Shown: one piece after another, positions 63,561 through 64,000 of the stretch
Numbering within the stretch: the stretch's first letter is position 1
How the letters are laid out: each line of letters opens with the position of its first letter
Assembly (NCBI GenBank): GCA_949297445.1
Contig: CASFSS010000018.1
Span: 291,884-355,883, forward strand
Length of the DNA: 64,000 bases
Reading direction: 5' to 3'
Source of the DNA: an uncultured bacterium
Lineage (GTDB): Bacteria; Bacillota_I; Bacilli_A; RFN20; CAG-826
The notes under the pieces: generated by a model
Told to the model about the DNA's origin: nothing
The model's database searches: none
What the model saw: only the letters and a program-made list of their open reading frames with translations
Translations under genes and position numbers: made by a program

Positions 63561-64000
63561 ATGCGTTTTCATAGAAATATTTTAATGAGCTTCACTGCTT
63601 TGCTATTGAGCGGCACCATGGGTGCTGCTGCTCTAATTTACGCAAACAATCAAGATAATATTCACATCGATGCCGCATCGACTTCCGATTATTATGCTAG
63701 TGTTGATGATACTAGTGCATCGACACTTTTTTCTTCATTGCGGACAATTATAAATTCCGGTGCCTCAATTGGCAGTTATGATGCTTTGTGGACATCTTAT
63801 AAAACTACCGATGTTGGCGACGATGGAAAAATTGTCGATATTTATTCTAATACAACATCATTCACCCCTGGCAGCGATCAGTGTGGTACATATAGTTCTG
63901 AAGGTGATTGCTATAATCGTGAACATACTATTCCAAAAAGTTGGTGGGGTGGTGCTAAAACCAATCAAGGCGCCGATTTATTCATTGTTTATCCTAGTGA
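63561..64000 (+). CDS. Secreted endonuclease I / Bsn-like nuclease (3' truncated; not in ORF track)
   Basis: Manual translation MRFHRNILMSFTALLLSG...DCYNREHTIPKSWWGG...DLFIVYPS; signal peptide and NREH motif. Confidence 0.82.
   Translation, partial: MRFHRNILMSFTALLLSGTMGAAALIYANNQDNIHIDAASTSDYYASVDDTSASTLFSSLRTIINSGASIGSYDALWTSYKTTDVGDDGKIVDIYSNTTSFTPGSDQCGTYSSEGDCYNREHTIPKSWWGGAKTNQGADLFIVYPS

Overview
Low-GC bacterial chromosome segment using genetic code 11 (TGA is a stop, e.g. at 4809 and 42838). It most likely comes from a host-associated Bacilli/Mollicutes-adjacent lineage; this is inferred from ribosomal protein features, loss of L30 and many lipoproteins. 1-14.6 kb is a starch/maltodextrin utilisation locus: MalE/F/G-type ABC transporter, lipoprotein alpha-amylase, an 854-aa MalK-type ATPase, a non-catalytic putative starch-binding lipoprotein, lipoprotein pullulanase and cytoplasmic neopullulanase. 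14.8-32.5 kb holds housekeeping and metabolic genes (galK, sirtuin, DJ-1, an unlisted rubredoxin, eno, add, pepC, ATP-grasp, gpmA, fucO, ALDH, LRAT-like, Cof, malQ, MazG-like, GtrA, prs). 32.5-37.6 kb is a queuosine salvage operon (candidate preQ1 riboswitch, queT, flavin reductase-like gene, tgt, queA, queH) coupled to a two-domain acyltransferase. 37.8-52.5 kb is the S10-spc-alpha ribosomal superoperon lacking rpmD. 52.7-64 kb has lipoproteins, a CapD-like/sugar transferase pair, LemA with DUF3137-like genes, preTA, a 5'-nucleotidase lipoprotein and a truncated secreted endonuclease I. I saw no rRNA, tRNA, CRISPR array or mobile element. The most notable signals are the surface-anchored starch system and its odd components, the Q operon with riboswitch candidate and extra reductase, and a recurring leaderless promoter architecture. 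Family assignments are by eye from motifs; no database search was run.
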